From: an uncultured Acidobacteriota bacterium
GTDB lineage: Bacteria > Acidobacteriota > Thermoanaerobaculia > Multivoradales > SZUA-115
Assembly: GCA_963805975.1 (NCBI GenBank)
Contig: CAWDVR010000006.1
Location: 1-64,000 of the forward strand
Length of the DNA: 64,000 bases
Reading direction: 5' to 3'
This document shows positions 53,200 to 64,000 of the stretch, in pieces. The stretch's first letter is position 1. Each line of letters opens with the position of its first letter. The notes under the pieces were generated by a model. It ran no database searches. It was given only the letters and a program-made list of their open reading frames with translations, and had not been told where the DNA came from. Position numbers and translations under genes: made by a program.

Positions 53200-54459
53200 G
53201 TGAAAGCCGCCATCATCGCCGTCGGCTCCGAGATGCTCGGCAGCGAGCGCCTGGACACCAACTCGCTCCGCCTCTCGGCGCTCCTCGCGCGCTACGGCGT
53301 GGAGCTGCGGCGCAAGAGCGTGGTGGGCGACCTCGAGGCCGACCTGGTGGCCGAGATCGACGCCCTGCTCCCGGCCTTCGACCTGGTGATCGTCTCCGGC
53401 GGCCTGGGCCCCACGGCCGACGATGTCACGCGGCCGGCCGTGGCGGCGGCCCTCGGCCGTGGGATCTCGATCGACGCCGCCGTGGTGGCCGTGATCGAGG
53501 AGCGTTTCGCGCGCATGGGCCGCAAGATGGCCGCGGTCAACCGCCGGCAGGCGGAAGTGATCGACGGCGCCACCGTGCTCGCCAACGACCGCGGCTCGGC
53601 GCCCGGCCTGACGCTTACCGAGGGCCGCACCACCCTCTTCCTCTTCCCCGGCGTGCCCTCGGAGCTGGACGCGATGTCCGCCCGCTACCTCGATCCGTGG
53701 CTCGCCGAGCGCACGGGCGGCGCCGCGCTCGAGACCGTGGTGCTCAAGGTCTCCTGCGTTGCCGAGTCCACGCTCGAGGAGTGGATCGCGCCGGCCTATG
53801 AGGACTTCGGCCGCGAGGCGATCACCGTGCTCGCCAAGCCGGGCGAGATCGAGGTCTGGGCCACGGCCACCGGCGAGCCGGCGGCGCGGCAGGCACGCCT
53901 GGCGACGATGAAGGCCCGGCTCACCGGGCTGATCGGCGATTTCCTCTACGCCGAAGGTCCGAAGGCGACGCTCGAGGCCACGGTGGGCGAGCTGCTGCGC
54001 CAGGCCGGCGCGACCCTCGCCACGGCCGAGTCGTGTACCGGCGGCCTGGTGGCCGAGCGCATGACGCGGGTGCCCGGTTCGAGCAACTACTTCGTGGGCG
54101 CCGCCGTCACCTACTCGAACGCGCTCAAGACCCTCCTCCTCGGCGTGCCGCCCGAGCTGATCGCGACCCACGGTGCGGTGTCCGAAGAGGTGGCGCGGGC
54201 CATGGCCGCCGGCGCCCGCGAGCGCCTGGGAGCCGACTACGCCCTCGCCCTCACCGGCGTCGCCGGCCCCGGCGGCGGCAGCCCGGAGAAGCCCGTGGGC
54301 ACGGTCGAGATCGCCCTCGCCGGCCCCGGAGACGGCGACCTCGAGTCCCGCCGCATCCGCTACCCCGGCGACCGCGAGCGCATCCGCTGGATCGCGAGCC
54401 AGATCGCCCTCGAGATGCTGCGGCGCAAGCTGGCGGGGTTACTCCCTCTGAGGCTCTAA
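53200..54459 (+). CDS. cinA: CinA/PncC (NMN amidohydrolase, molybdopterin-binding-like N-terminus)
   Basis: GSEML..DTNS; SGGLGPTADD; PGVPSE; AESCTGG; HGAVS; TGVAGP..KPVG. Confidence 0.95.
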   Translation: MKAAIIAVGSEMLGSERLDTNSLRLSALLARYGVELRRKSVVGDLEADLVAEIDALLPAFDLVIVSGGLGPTADDVTRPAVAAALGRGISIDAAVVAVIEERFARMGRKMAAVNRRQAEVIDGATVLANDRGSAPGLTLTEGRTTLFLFPGVPSELDAMSARYLDPWLAERTGGAALETVVLKVSCVAESTLEEWIAPAYEDFGREAITVLAKPGEIEVWATATGEPAARQARLATMKARLTGLIGDFLYAEGPKATLEATVGELLRQAGATLATAESCTGGLVAERMTRVPGSSNYFVGAAVTYSNALKTLLLGVPPELIATHGAVSEEVARAMAAGARERLGADYALALTGVAGPGGGSPEKPVGTVEIALAGPGDGDLESRRIRYPGDRERIRWIASQIALEMLRRKLAGLLPLRL

Positions 54460-55512
54460 GGGGAGTCTAATGTCGGCGTCGCAAGGTTGACAGGAGTCTT
54501 GGGTGGCCAGCCACCGTCGCCGCTCGATGCCTCCCAACATCGGAGGCCAGAAGGTCGTCTGTCTGGGAGTGGCTTTGTTGATACAAGATTCGTCGCGCTT
54601 CGGCTCTTCCGACATGCAGCCGAGTAACACGGCGTTGCGCCGCTCGAATGTGTACTCCGGACACTCTTCCCGCCTCATATCCCCCCGCCTCTTCTCCCAG
54701 TAGCCCAGGCGATAGTACCAAAGCAGGTAGGGTAGGACATCAAAGAAGACCTCAGCTTGTTCCGCTGGATCCTGAAGCACCGGACCCATACCTGGAGCCT
54801 TGGGGAGTCTGCTAAGACGAAGTGTATTTGCGAGGTTGCGTATCGTAACTGCAACCTCATCCGCTTCTGATATTCGATAGATTACGATCGAGAAGGGGCC
54901 GCCGGCGCAGGAGTAGAGGCGGAGACGTCGAGCGTACTTATACGTTACCTTTAAGCTATCGGACAAGGCACGGGGGAAGTACTGGTCTTCCCTGCAGTCA
55001 GAACGATACCAACAGGTATATGGTGATGAGCTAGGCCACAGGTCACCCGCACGGATCATTCCCGTGCGAAAATCCAAGCTCGTTGGAGTATAGGAGGAGT
55101 CCTTCAGGCGATTCTCTCGTAGACCATTGGAGCGCTGGTCAATCTCGTAGAGCCGTGGAAGCCCCTCGAGGCTGTCGTAGTCAATATGGTTTCTTCGTTC
55201 AAAGTCGTCTGGCTCGAGGCAGATGTTGCCCTCAGGAATCTGACAACGAACTACCTTGACCGCCTCCTCCTCCACTTCTTCGCAATACTTACTTTCCGGA
55301 GGGTCAAGCTCGAAGTCGTCTGCCAAAAATTCGAGCTGTAGACGAGTTTTTACGGTGTTGTACCAGCCGCAGGTCTTCTGCGGGCCGTTTGCCTTCGCTA
55401 CCCAGGCAGTGTTCCACCCCGTTCGCGTAGGGCAGTCCTTGTCGTCTTTCAAGCAGATCAGCATCAAGCCAGTGAAGAACACATCGATACCCACAGGCAC
55501 CGCTCCCTTCAT
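54439..55512 (-). CDS. Cys-rich hypothetical protein (357 aa), lower GC
   Basis: Long ORF starting 5 nt after the CHAT gene stop; 14 Cys by my count; visibly AT-richer than flanks. Confidence 0.75.
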   Translation of the reverse strand: MKGAVPVGIDVFFTGLMLICLKDDKDCPTRTGWNTAWVAKANGPQKTCGWYNTVKTRLQLEFLADDFELDPPESKYCEEVEEEAVKVVRCQIPEGNICLEPDDFERRNHIDYDSLEGLPRLYEIDQRSNGLRENRLKDSSYTPTSLDFRTGMIRAGDLWPSSSPYTCWYRSDCREDQYFPRALSDSLKVTYKYARRLRLYSCAGGPFSIVIYRISEADEVAVTIRNLANTLRLSRLPKAPGMGPVLQDPAEQAEVFFDVLPYLLWYYRLGYWEKRRGDMRREECPEYTFERRNAVLLGCMSEEPKRDESCINKATPRQTTFWPPMLGGIERRRWLATQDSCQPCDADIRLPLEPQRE

Positions 55513-55517
55513 GCGGC

Positions 55518-58500
55518 TCAGAGGCCGCGGAAAAGTTCAAAAGGCACCCACGCGAACGGATCGCTCGACACGGACTCGGACAGCAAGGCGAGCTGCGCGA
55601 GGCGTAGCGCCTGAGCCTGCGACTCGCCTTCGAGGAGTCGGGCGTGGAACACCGCTGCGAGTCGGGCTGCCGCCTCGTCGTTGACTGCCCAGAGCGTGGC
55701 GACGACCGAGGGCACTCCGGCTGCGAGGAAGGCACGGGCCAGGCCGGCCACCCCCTCCCGGTCGCCGTCGGCAAAGCCCGGCGCCGTGTCGCACGCGGAC
55801 AAGAACACCAGCTCGACGCCGGCGAGGCGCTTCGCATCGAGGTCCGAGGCCCGTAGCGGCGCGCGGCCCACGTCGGCCGTCGCCACCTCCGAGCCCAGCG
55901 GGTTCCGGGGATCGATTACCACGTGCGCTGCGAGGTGCAACACCTCGCTTCCCGGCAGCTCGTCGAGGATCTCTCTGCCGCGTGGCCTGCTCGCCCACCA
56001 GCAGGCGGGGAGCTTCGTAGAGCGCGGCCACCGCCTGCGCCTCCGCTGCGGCCCATCCCAGGAGCGGCAGGGCTGGGAACCGCGCGCGATCGAACGCCGG
56101 GTCTCCCACCGCCAGGACCCGGCGCAGCTTCCCGGTGGCCGGCGTGCGCCGCGCCAGCGACGCCAGGTAGAGATCCAGGCTCGGTGCCACCTGGCAGGCA
56201 TGATCTTCGATCAGAAAGCGGCCGCGCACCGCGTCGAACAGCGCCGGGAACGGCACCTGGTGCAGCTCGCGGTCGGGCACGAAGACCAGCTCGGTGTCAG
56301 GCGGCAGGCCCTGGAGCACAGGGCGGAGCAGCAGGTCGAAGGCCCTGGCCGCGGCGGCCTCGCCGGCGTCCCGTGAGCGGGCGCGAGCCAGTACGGCGCG
56401 GAGCGAGCCCACCGTTTCGGCCACCTGCTCCCGCGAGACGGGCAGCACGTGCATGCGGAGCTCGCCCTGGCGAAGCCGCCAGACGAGCAGGGTCTCGGGC
56501 AGCACCGTGTAGGTGAGGACGGCGACGTTCGCGGGGATCTGTCGCAGCCGCTCGTCCACGGAGAGAGGCGCGGTGTCGGCCTCGTCGTGAACGCGCTCGC
56601 GCAGCTCCCGCGCGCGAACCCGCTCCGCATAGGCGAAGGCTGCCTTGGCGTCGCCGCGCTCGAGGGCCTGGAAGCGGATCATGGCGTCGAAGCCCCGCTG
56701 GACAGTCGAGAAGAAGCTGATCCGGTGCTTCTCGCTGACGGTGCCGGCGCGCCGGTCCTCGTAGACCTGAAGGCCTCGGCCGAACGCCTTCTCGGCCGCC
56801 TCGAGATCGCCGGTGGCAAGCTGCGCCCGCGCGAGATCGAGCAGCGCGCGCGGGAGGAGCAGGGCATCGCCGCTCGCCTCCAGGCGAGCCACCGCGGCCT
56901 GGGCCAGCTCCAGGGCTGTCTCCGGGTTCGTGGCGAGGCGGTGCTCCGCGGAGGCGATGGTCAGCTCGGTCTCGACGCGTGCCCGCGCGGCCGGCTGCTG
57001 GTACTGATCGAGCGCCTTGCGGCAGGCGGCGATGTCTGCCGCCGCCTGCTCGTTCTCGCCCAGCAGGAGATCGAGGTCGATGCGGCGAATCAGCGTCTCG
57101 GCCTCGGCGCCAGGCTGGGACGCGGCGCGGGCGTTGGCCAGCATCTCGTCGAGGACCGCCCGCGCAGCTTCCTGGCGGCCACTGCCGATCAGGCCGAGAG
57201 CGAGGCTGGCCAGGACACCATGGCGGACCTGCCAGTTACCGGCCGTGACGGCGCCGCGTAGCGTAGCCACTCGATATCGCCACACACCTTCGCGGTCACC
57301 GACGACGCCATACGCCTCGTGGAGCATCCCGGAGAACCTTGTGACGTCGCTGTCACCGGCCTCCGCCAGGAGATCGACGGCCCGCCCATAGTGCGCCAGG
57401 GCCTGCGAATGCCTTCCGTCGGCTATTGAACACAGACCGAGCATGCCCTCGGTCCGAGCGAGCAGCGTTGGGTAGCCTCGCCCCTCGATCTGGGTCACCA
57501 GTGTGGCGAATTGCCCTTCTGCCTCCGCTGGGTGGCGGCGGTAGAGACAAACGAGCTGGCCGAACCGGGCTGCCAGCGCCAGCGGGCTACCGCCTGCGGA
57601 GAGCTGCCGCACTGCCCGCTCGAACGTTGGCTCCGCCTCGGAACAGTTCCCGCGGGTCGCCAGGCCCAGCGCATAGGCTCGGTGGCCCGCCGCCAGGGTC
57701 CGGGAGGCAGCCGGTCGCTGCTCGATCGCGGTGACGGCATCGCTGTACAGCCGCTCGCCGGTGCCGGCCACGGCCTCGGCCACCCGCTTCGCGATTGCGA
57801 GCCGGGCCGCGTCCGCAGGCGTTCCGGCGGCCTCGGCCCAGGCGGGCAGGAGCTCGCTTTCGAGCAGCTCCTTGCTCTGCCGCCGGTACTGGCCCACGAG
57901 GCGTGCCACGGCCGCCTGGTCCCCGGCCGCCGCGGCCGCGAGCAGGGGGCCTTTCTCCGTGATCCAGCGGTCGGCAGTCGTGGGCTCGCGCAACCGGACG
58001 AGGCGCTCGGAAGCCTCCTGGCGCCAGGCACTGTCCGTCTCCAAGTCGAGGTAGCGCTCCCACGCGAGGTTTGATTCGTGTGCCAGAGACATGCGCTCGA
58101 GCGCCAGGGCGAGGTTGAACGCGGCCCGAGGCTCTTCGGGTGCCAGCTCCACGGCACGGGTGGCGGCCACGACAGCATCGACCTGGAGCCAGGGATGGTC
58201 GTCTTGGGCGAGGGTGAGGTAGGCGGCGGCGAGATCGCTCAGGAGGGTCGCGGAAGGTCTCCGCTCCGCCGCCGCCTCGAGCGCCGACACGGCCCGGGCC
58301 GCTGCTCTGCGATGGAGCGCGAGGAGCCCGATGCGATGCTGCTCTTCGGGGTCGTCCTCGCCCGGCAAGGGCCTGGAGCCGCGGAGGACTGGCTGAGCCT
58401 CACTGTCAGACAAGGCGTCCAGCGCTGGTTGTTCAGTGAGAGGTGGCGAGGACCACCGAGCGTAGCGGGTTGTCGACGACAGCCGAGCCTCCACCGGTCT

Positions 58501-58635
58501 CGGGTCGGCTTCGGCCGCCTCCCTCAGGCGCCGCGCGGTCCGGTCTTCGGGCTTGTCGCAACCGCTCAGGAGGAGGACCACCAGACCCCAGGCTCTGGGG
58601 TGGTGCAGAGAAAACCTGACCGAGCGGCTCGTCAT
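55518..58635 (-). CDS. Lipoprotein TPR + CHAT (caspase-like) protease; frameshift near 55975
   Basis: Lipobox LVVLLLSG-C; TPRs; FVPDRELHQVPFPAL; second frame VLHLAAH, LVFLSACDT, GLARAFLAAGVPSVVATLWAV, WVPF. Confidence 0.88.
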
Positions 58636-58836
58636 CTATTTGGGAACGCTTGGCCCTGACATTAAAGGATAGAGACGGACACCTCCACGCGTTTTTCGCT
58701 TCCGGAGTGTCAAACGGAGCGAGCCAGGCGACCTCGAGGCCAGCGATATACTGGCGCCACCCCTTGCCATACCCGCGGCTTGCTGTGACACTTCCCGCGG
58801 CCGAGCAGGCTCCAGAGCACCAGGCCTTCTGACTCC

Positions 58837-59469
58837 ATGAGACTCTTCGTCGCCCTAGAGATCCCCGACGGCGTCCGCCGCGAGGTGGAGGCCCTGATGC
58901 GCGGGGTCGAGCGGGATCTTCCCAAGGCGCGCTGGGTGCGGCCGGAGAAGCTGCATCTGACCCTTTCCTTCCTGGGCGAGGTGGAGAAGGGGCGGCTTTC
59001 CGCCCTGTTGCCCGCCCTGGCGGCCGTGTTCGGCGCCGGCTCCCCCTTCACCCTGGTCGCCGCGGGTGGGGGAGGCTTCCCTCCGCGCCGGCCGGCACGG
59101 GTCGCCTGGGTGGGGCTCCACGGCCACGGCTCCGAAGACGACGCCAAGCTCGCCCTGCTCCAGGCCGAGGTCGCGGCCTCGGCGGCCTTCGCCGCCGGTA
59201 TCGAGCCCGAGCGCCGGGCCTTCCACGCCCACCTGACACTGGCCCGGCCGGAGGTGCCCTGGCCGGCGGCGGCCGTCGAGCGTTTCGCCCGTGCCGCCGA
59301 CCGCCGTTTCGGCGGGCCGTTCCCGGTGGGGGAGGGGGTGCTGATGGAGAGCGAGCTGGGCGCCGGCGGGGCGAGGTACCGGCCTGTCGAACGCTTTGCG
59401 ATCGGCGGCGGGCGCCGCGCACCGGCCGCGCGGGCTGAGCGCGGCCGCGAGGAGGAGACCTCTCCTTGA
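58837..59469 (+). CDS. thpR: RNA 2',3'-cyclic phosphodiesterase
   Basis: MRLFVAL; two HxT motifs (LHLTL, AHLTLAR). Confidence 0.93.
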   Translation: MRLFVALEIPDGVRREVEALMRGVERDLPKARWVRPEKLHLTLSFLGEVEKGRLSALLPALAAVFGAGSPFTLVAAGGGGFPPRRPARVAWVGLHGHGSEDDAKLALLQAEVAASAAFAAGIEPERRAFHAHLTLARPEVPWPAAAVERFARAADRRFGGPFPVGEGVLMESELGAGGARYRPVERFAIGGGRRAPAARAERGREEETSP

Positions 59470-60479
59470 AGCGCATCGCCGTGCTGGGGGCCGGCTCCTG
59501 GGGCACGGCCCTGGGCGTACACCTCGCCAATGCCGGTCACTCGGTGGCGCTCTGGGCGCGGCGGCCGGAGTTCGCCCGCCGGCTCGATCAGGAGAAGGTG
59601 AACGAGGACTACCTGCCGGGCGTGCCGCTCCCCGAGCATCTGCACCCCTGCGCCGACCTGCTGGCCACGGTGCCCAACGACCTGGTGCTGATGGTGGTGC
59701 CTTCCTACGGCTTCCGCGAGGTGCTGCGCCAGTACCTGGCCGGCCATCCTCCGGACCGGCCGGCCATCGTGGTCTCCGCCACCAAGGGCATCGAGCCCGA
59801 GACGCTCGCCCGCATGAGCCGGGTGGCGGCGGAGGAGGGGGAGGCGGCGGGCGTGCCGCTCTCGTTCGCCGTGCTCTCCGGCCCGAGCTTCGCGGCCGAG
59901 CTGGCGGTCAACGCGCCCACCGCCGCGGTGGTGGCCTCGACCGACGCCGCGCTGGCCGAGGAGCTGCGGGAGACCCTCTCGACGCGCTGGTTCCGGCTCT
60001 ACTCGTCGGCCGACGTGCCGGGTGTGGAACTGGGCGGAACGGCCAAGAACGTGATCGCCATCGCCGCCGGGGTGGTCGCGGGCCTGGGGCTCGGCCACAA
60101 CACGCAGGCGGTGCTCATCACCCGCGGCCTGCACGAGATCACCCGCCTGGGGCTCGCCTTCGGCGGCCAGGTGCGCACCTTCGCCGGCCTCTCCGGCCTG
60201 GGGGACCTGGTGCTCACCTGCAACGGCTCGCTCTCCCGCAACCGGCAGATCGGCATCGAGCTCGCCCGCGGCCGGCAGCTCTCCGAGATCCTGGGCTCGA
60301 CCCAGCGCGTGGCCGAGGGCGTGCGCAACTCGGCGGCGGTCGCCGCCCTCGCGCGCCAGCGCGGTGTCGAGATGCCGATCACCGAGCAGATGGTGAAGGT
60401 GCTCCACGAGGGCCAGTCGCCGCGCCGCGCGGTGGAGGAGCTGATGACGCGGGACTTGAAGGCGGAGTCGGAGCTTTAA
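59466..60479 (+). CDS. gpsA: NAD(P)H-dependent glycerol-3-phosphate dehydrogenase
   Basis: GAGSWGTA; TKGIE; SGPSFA; KNVIAIA; GDLVLTC...SRN. Confidence 0.97.
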   Translation: MKRIAVLGAGSWGTALGVHLANAGHSVALWARRPEFARRLDQEKVNEDYLPGVPLPEHLHPCADLLATVPNDLVLMVVPSYGFREVLRQYLAGHPPDRPAIVVSATKGIEPETLARMSRVAAEEGEAAGVPLSFAVLSGPSFAAELAVNAPTAAVVASTDAALAEELRETLSTRWFRLYSSADVPGVELGGTAKNVIAIAAGVVAGLGLGHNTQAVLITRGLHEITRLGLAFGGQVRTFAGLSGLGDLVLTCNGSLSRNRQIGIELARGRQLSEILGSTQRVAEGVRNSAAVAALARQRGVEMPITEQMVKVLHEGQSPRRAVEELMTRDLKAESEL

Positions 60480-60484
60480 CCGCG

Positions 60485-62053
60485 ATGGAGCATCACCAGC
60501 TCGTCCTCATCCTCGACTACGGCAGCCAGTTCACCCAGCTCATCGCCCGGAGGGTGCGCGAGAACCGCGTCTACTGCGAGGTGCACCCCTTCAACCTGGG
60601 GATCGACGAGATCCGCCGCCGCGAGCCCCTCGGCATCATCCTCTCGGGCGGCCCGCAGAGCGTGTACGAGCCCGGTGCGCCGGGCGCCGAGCGGGCGCTC
60701 TTCGAGCTCGGCGTGCCGGTGCTCGGCATCTGCTACGGCATGCAGCTCCTGGCGCACGTGCTGGGCGGTAAGGTGGCGCCGGGCCAGGCGCGCGAGTACG
60801 GCCGCGCCGAGGTCGAGGTGGCGGCGAGCTGCCCGCTCTTCGCCGGTCTGGGCGCCCAGGAGACGGTGTGGATGAGCCACGGCGACCGCGTCGAGGTTCT
60901 GCCGCCCGGCTTCGAGACCACGGTGGCGAGCGGCAGCGTGCCGATCGCCGGCTGTGAGGACCGCGAGCGCCGCATCTGGGGCATCCAGTTCCACCCCGAG
61001 GTGTCGCACACCGTCTCCGGCGCCCAGGTGTTGCACAACTTCCTCTTCGGCATCTGCGGCGCCCGCGGCGACTGGCGCATGGCCTCTTATCTCGAGGAGG
61101 CGATTGCGACCGTGCGCCGGCAGGTGGGAGAGGGCCGGGTGATCTGTGCGCTGTCCGGCGGGGTGGACTCCTCGGTGGTGGCGGCCCTCCTGGAGCGGGC
61201 GGTGGGCGAGCAGGCCACGGCGATCTTCGTCGACACCGGCCTGCTGCGGAAGGGCGAGGGACAGCAGGTGATGGCGAGCCTCGCCGAAGGGCTGGGGATC
61301 GACGTGCGGCGGGTCGACGCCGGGGAGCGCTTCCTCGGCGCGCTCGCCGGCCTCACCGACCCGGAGGGGAAGCGCAAGGTCATCGGCCGCCTGTTCATCG
61401 AAGTGTTCGAGGAGGAGGCGCGCGGGCTGGTCGCGGCCGGCGCCGGGACGAATGCCACGGCCCCTCGATTTTTAGCACAGGGCACGCTCTACCCGGACGT
61501 CATCGAATCGGTGTCGGTGAAGGGTCCGTCGGCGGTGATCAAGACCCATCACAACGTGGGTGGGCTGCCGGAGAAGCTGGGCTTCGAGCTGGTCGAACCG
61601 CTGCGCTTCCTGTTCAAGGACGAGGTGCGCCAGCTCGGCCGTGAGCTGGGCCTGCCCGAGGCGTTGATCAGCCGCCATCCGTTCCCGGGGCCGGGGCTCG
61701 CGGTGCGGGTGCTTGGCGAGGTGACGGCCGAGCGGGTGCGGCTGCTGCAGGAAGCGGACGCGATCTTCCTCCACGAGCTCCGCGAGAGCGGCTGGTACGA
61801 GCGCACCAGCCAGGCTTTCGCGGTGCTGCTGCCGGTCCAGAGCGTGGGAGTGATGGGCGACTACCGCACCTACGAGAACGCGGTCGCCCTGCGCTCGGTG
61901 GACACCCACGATTTCATGACCGCGGACTGGAGCCCGCTGCCCTACGACCTCCTGGGCCGCGTCGCCAACCGCATCGTCAACGAGGTGCGCGGCATCAACC
62001 GCGTGGTCTACGACGTGACCAGCAAGCCCCCGGCGACGATCGAGTGGGAGTAG
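60485..62053 (+). CDS. guaA: GMP synthase (glutamine-hydrolysing)
   Basis: [14 protein letters not shown]; GICYGMQ; QFHPEV; SGGVDS; KTHHNVGG; KPPATIEWE. Confidence 0.98.
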   Translation: MEHHQLVLILDYGSQFTQLIARRVRENRVYCEVHPFNLGIDEIRRREPLGIILSGGPQSVYEPGAPGAERALFELGVPVLGICYGMQLLAHVLGGKVAPGQAREYGRAEVEVAASCPLFAGLGAQETVWMSHGDRVEVLPPGFETTVASGSVPIAGCEDRERRIWGIQFHPEVSHTVSGAQVLHNFLFGICGARGDWRMASYLEEAIATVRRQVGEGRVICALSGGVDSSVVAALLERAVGEQATAIFVDTGLLRKGEGQQVMASLAEGLGIDVRRVDAGERFLGALAGLTDPEGKRKVIGRLFIEVFEEEARGLVAAGAGTNATAPRFLAQGTLYPDVIESVSVKGPSAVIKTHHNVGGLPEKLGFELVEPLRFLFKDEVRQLGRELGLPEALISRHPFPGPGLAVRVLGEVTAERVRLLQEADAIFLHELRESGWYERTSQAFAVLLPVQSVGVMGDYRTYENAVALRSVDTHDFMTADWSPLPYDLLGRVANRIVNEVRGINRVVYDVTSKPPATIEWE

Positions 62054-62061
62054 GGGAGAGC

Positions 62062-62182
62062 CCCTCACCCCAGCCCTCTCCCCGCTGACGCGGGGCGAGG
62101 GAGCCGGACGGGGGGTCGACTCCGAGCTCCGCGGTGGGAGGTGGCGCCCTCTCCCGCTCGCGGGAGAGGGACGGGGTGAGGG
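62062..62182. repeat. Palindromic intergenic repeat (REP-like)
   Basis: CCCTCACCCCAGCCCTCTCCC ... GGGAGAGGGACGGGGTGAGGG inverted arms with internal hairpins, between convergent genes. Confidence 0.8.
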
Positions 62183-63247
62183 CTATCCTCCGTGCACCGC
62201 CGGTGCGCCGTTCAACTTCACCGGCGTGAGCTTCTCCGGGTTCTTCTTGAGCGCCTTGGCGAGGCGGGCGGCGAGCTGGCGCTGGAGGGCCGGGCGCTCG
62301 GCCTCGGGTGTCTTGGCGGCGCTCACCCAGCCGCCGGCCGTCATGCCGTGGCCGCCGCCCTTGCCGCGGCGGCCCACCAGCTTGCGCATCACCTGCCCGG
62401 CGTCGGCGCGCGGGTTGGTGGTGCGGATCGAGAGATAGACGCGCTCGCCGTAGAGGCCCGTGGCGAGCGACCAGGTCTTGCCCTCCAGGCGCAGCAGCAG
62501 GTCGGCGATCTCGGGCACGATGTCCGGCTGCTCGACGACTCCCAGGTGGCTCACCACCAGGGAGCCCACGACCTCCAGGTTCTCGAGCGCCTGGTGGAGG
62601 TTCTTGAAGTAGGCGAGCGGCTGGGTGGCGTTCTGGATGCGGGACAGCAGGCGTTTGCTCGCCCGGGGGAACACGGCGTCGTAGACCTGCTTGTCCGGCC
62701 CGACGAACTCGCGGCCGAAGTCCCGCGTCTCGGAACGGATGGCGTACACCAGCCCGGTCGCCTGGGCGTGGGTCATCTCGACGCCCGCCGCCTCCAGGTA
62801 CTCGGCGACGATGGTCGCCGTGGCGCCGTACTCCGGCCGCACGTCGTAGAGCGCCGCCGCCTGCGTGGCCTTGCGCAGCGGGTGGTGATCGATCACCAGG
62901 TCCGGCACCACGCCGGCCGGGAGCTGGTTGTTGCCGGTGCCGGGCTGCGCGTCCACCAGGGCGAAATGGCGGAAGCGCGAGGTGTCGAGCGGGCGGATGT
63001 GCACCAGCTCGAGGCGCAGGCTCTTGAACATTTCCTGGTTCTCGGCTCTGCCGATCAGCCCGCCGTAGGCCGCCGTCACCTCGCGGTGAAAGCTGCGCGC
63101 CAGGAGCCGGGCGAGGAGCGCGGCGGAGACCAGGGCGTCCGGGTCCGGGTTGTCGTGGGTGACGACCAGCCAGGGCCCGGCGCCGGCGCGCGAGGCCACT
63201 CGTTCGGCGAACGCCTGGTAGCGCTGGCGCGTCAGCTCGGTGATCAT
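62183..63247 (-). CDS. DHH-family phosphoesterase
   Basis: THDNPDPDA; LVDAQP; IDHHP; GGGH..AGG. Confidence 0.92.
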   Translation of the reverse strand: MITELTRQRYQAFAERVASRAGAGPWLVVTHDNPDPDALVSAALLARLLARSFHREVTAAYGGLIGRAENQEMFKSLRLELVHIRPLDTSRFRHFALVDAQPGTGNNQLPAGVVPDLVIDHHPLRKATQAAALYDVRPEYGATATIVAEYLEAAGVEMTHAQATGLVYAIRSETRDFGREFVGPDKQVYDAVFPRASKRLLSRIQNATQPLAYFKNLHQALENLEVVGSLVVSHLGVVEQPDIVPEIADLLLRLEGKTWSLATGLYGERVYLSIRTTNPRADAGQVMRKLVGRRGKGGGHGMTAGGWVSAAKTPEAERPALQRQLAARLAKALKKNPEKLTPVKLNGAPAVHGG

Positions 63248-63375
63248 GGAGGGGCGGATTCTATGCGCACCGGGAGAAGCCGGCGGCCGGAGAGGCGGGG
63301 AGCGCGGTGTAGGATGCCGGCAATCTCCGACCCGCCCGAATGCCGTGCGGCCTGGCTCGCCGCCGAGGAGCAGGT

Positions 63376-64000
63376 ATGTTCATCGGTCATTTCGCCCTCG
63401 GCCTCGGCGCGAAGAAAGCGGCACCCACGGTGTCGCTCGGCACGCTCTTTCTCGCCGCTCAGCTCGCCGATCTGCTCTGGCCGACCTTCGTCCTCCTCGG
63501 CCTGGAGGCAGTGGCGGTCGAGCCGGGAGCGACGGCGTTCACCCCGCTCGACTTCGTCCGCTACCCCTACTCCCACAGCCTGCTGGCGCTCACCGGCTGG
63601 GCGGTCGTCCTGGGGGCTGGCTATCGGCTGCTGCGGCGGAGCACGACCTCGAGCGCGATCGTGCTGGGTCTTCTCGTCCTCAGCCACTGGGTGCTGGATT
63701 TCGTGACCCACCGCCCCGACCTGCCGCTGACGGCCCAGGGCTCGGAACGCCTGGGCCTGGGGCTCTGGAACTCGATCCCCGGCACGTTGATCGTGGAGCT
63801 CCTGCTGTTCACCGTCGGCGTGGCGCTCTACACCCGTTCGACCTCGGCCCGCGACCGCACCGGCACGATCGCTTTCCGGGCGCTGGTGGCTTTCCTGCTC
63901 GTCGTCTACCTGGCGACCGCCTTCGGCCCGCCGCCTCCCAGCAGCGCCGCAGTCGCCTGGACAACGCAGGCGATGTGGCTGATCGTCGCCTGGGGCTACT
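63376..64000 (+). CDS. Membrane metal-dependent hydrolase (YdjM-like), runs off right edge
   Basis: My translation: MFIGHFALGLGAKKAAPTVSLGTLFLAAQLADLLWP...YPYSHSL...SHWVLDFVTHRPDLP; RBS GAGGAG. Confidence 0.85.
   Translation, partial: MFIGHFALGLGAKKAAPTVSLGTLFLAAQLADLLWPTFVLLGLEAVAVEPGATAFTPLDFVRYPYSHSLLALTGWAVVLGAGYRLLRRSTTSSAIVLGLLVLSHWVLDFVTHRPDLPLTAQGSERLGLGLWNSIPGTLIVELLLFTVGVALYTRSTSARDRTGTIAFRALVAFLLVVYLATAFGPPPPSSAAVAWTTQAMWLIVAWGY

Overview
High-GC bacterial chromosome segment. PadR+ADOP permease, SBBP protein, CHAT/TPR protein and the lysS-lolCE-lolD-clpC-bamA-skp-lpxD-fabZ-lpxA order point to Acidobacteriota, probably Thermoanaerobaculia-like (inference). The left ~9.5 kb is accessory. 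It holds an integrative element (tyrosine integrase, Xis-like HTH, MobC without an adjacent relaxase, two oriT-like repeats, a ParE-type TA pair) that carries an integron-type cassette with an attC abutted by an IS110 transposase. The same element has a gene with a SymR-like antisense RNA architecture. A sigma-factor-like gene follows, then a 1.3-kb region with a candidate sRNA and a 42-aa peptide gene. The rest is mostly core genes (deoC/ALDH, punA, lysS, LPS/OM biogenesis, mtnP-surE-pcm, apt, tRNA-Arg, pdp, cinA, thpR, gpsA, guaA), interrupted by small inserts: TIR-NTPase-TPR, MEDS+hybrid kinase, and a lipoprotein CHAT protease with a Cys-rich partner. At least nine genes, including essential bamA, carry single frameshifts, most likely long-read indel errors. 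No CRISPR array or rRNA seen. All family assignments come from motifs read by eye, not from database searches.
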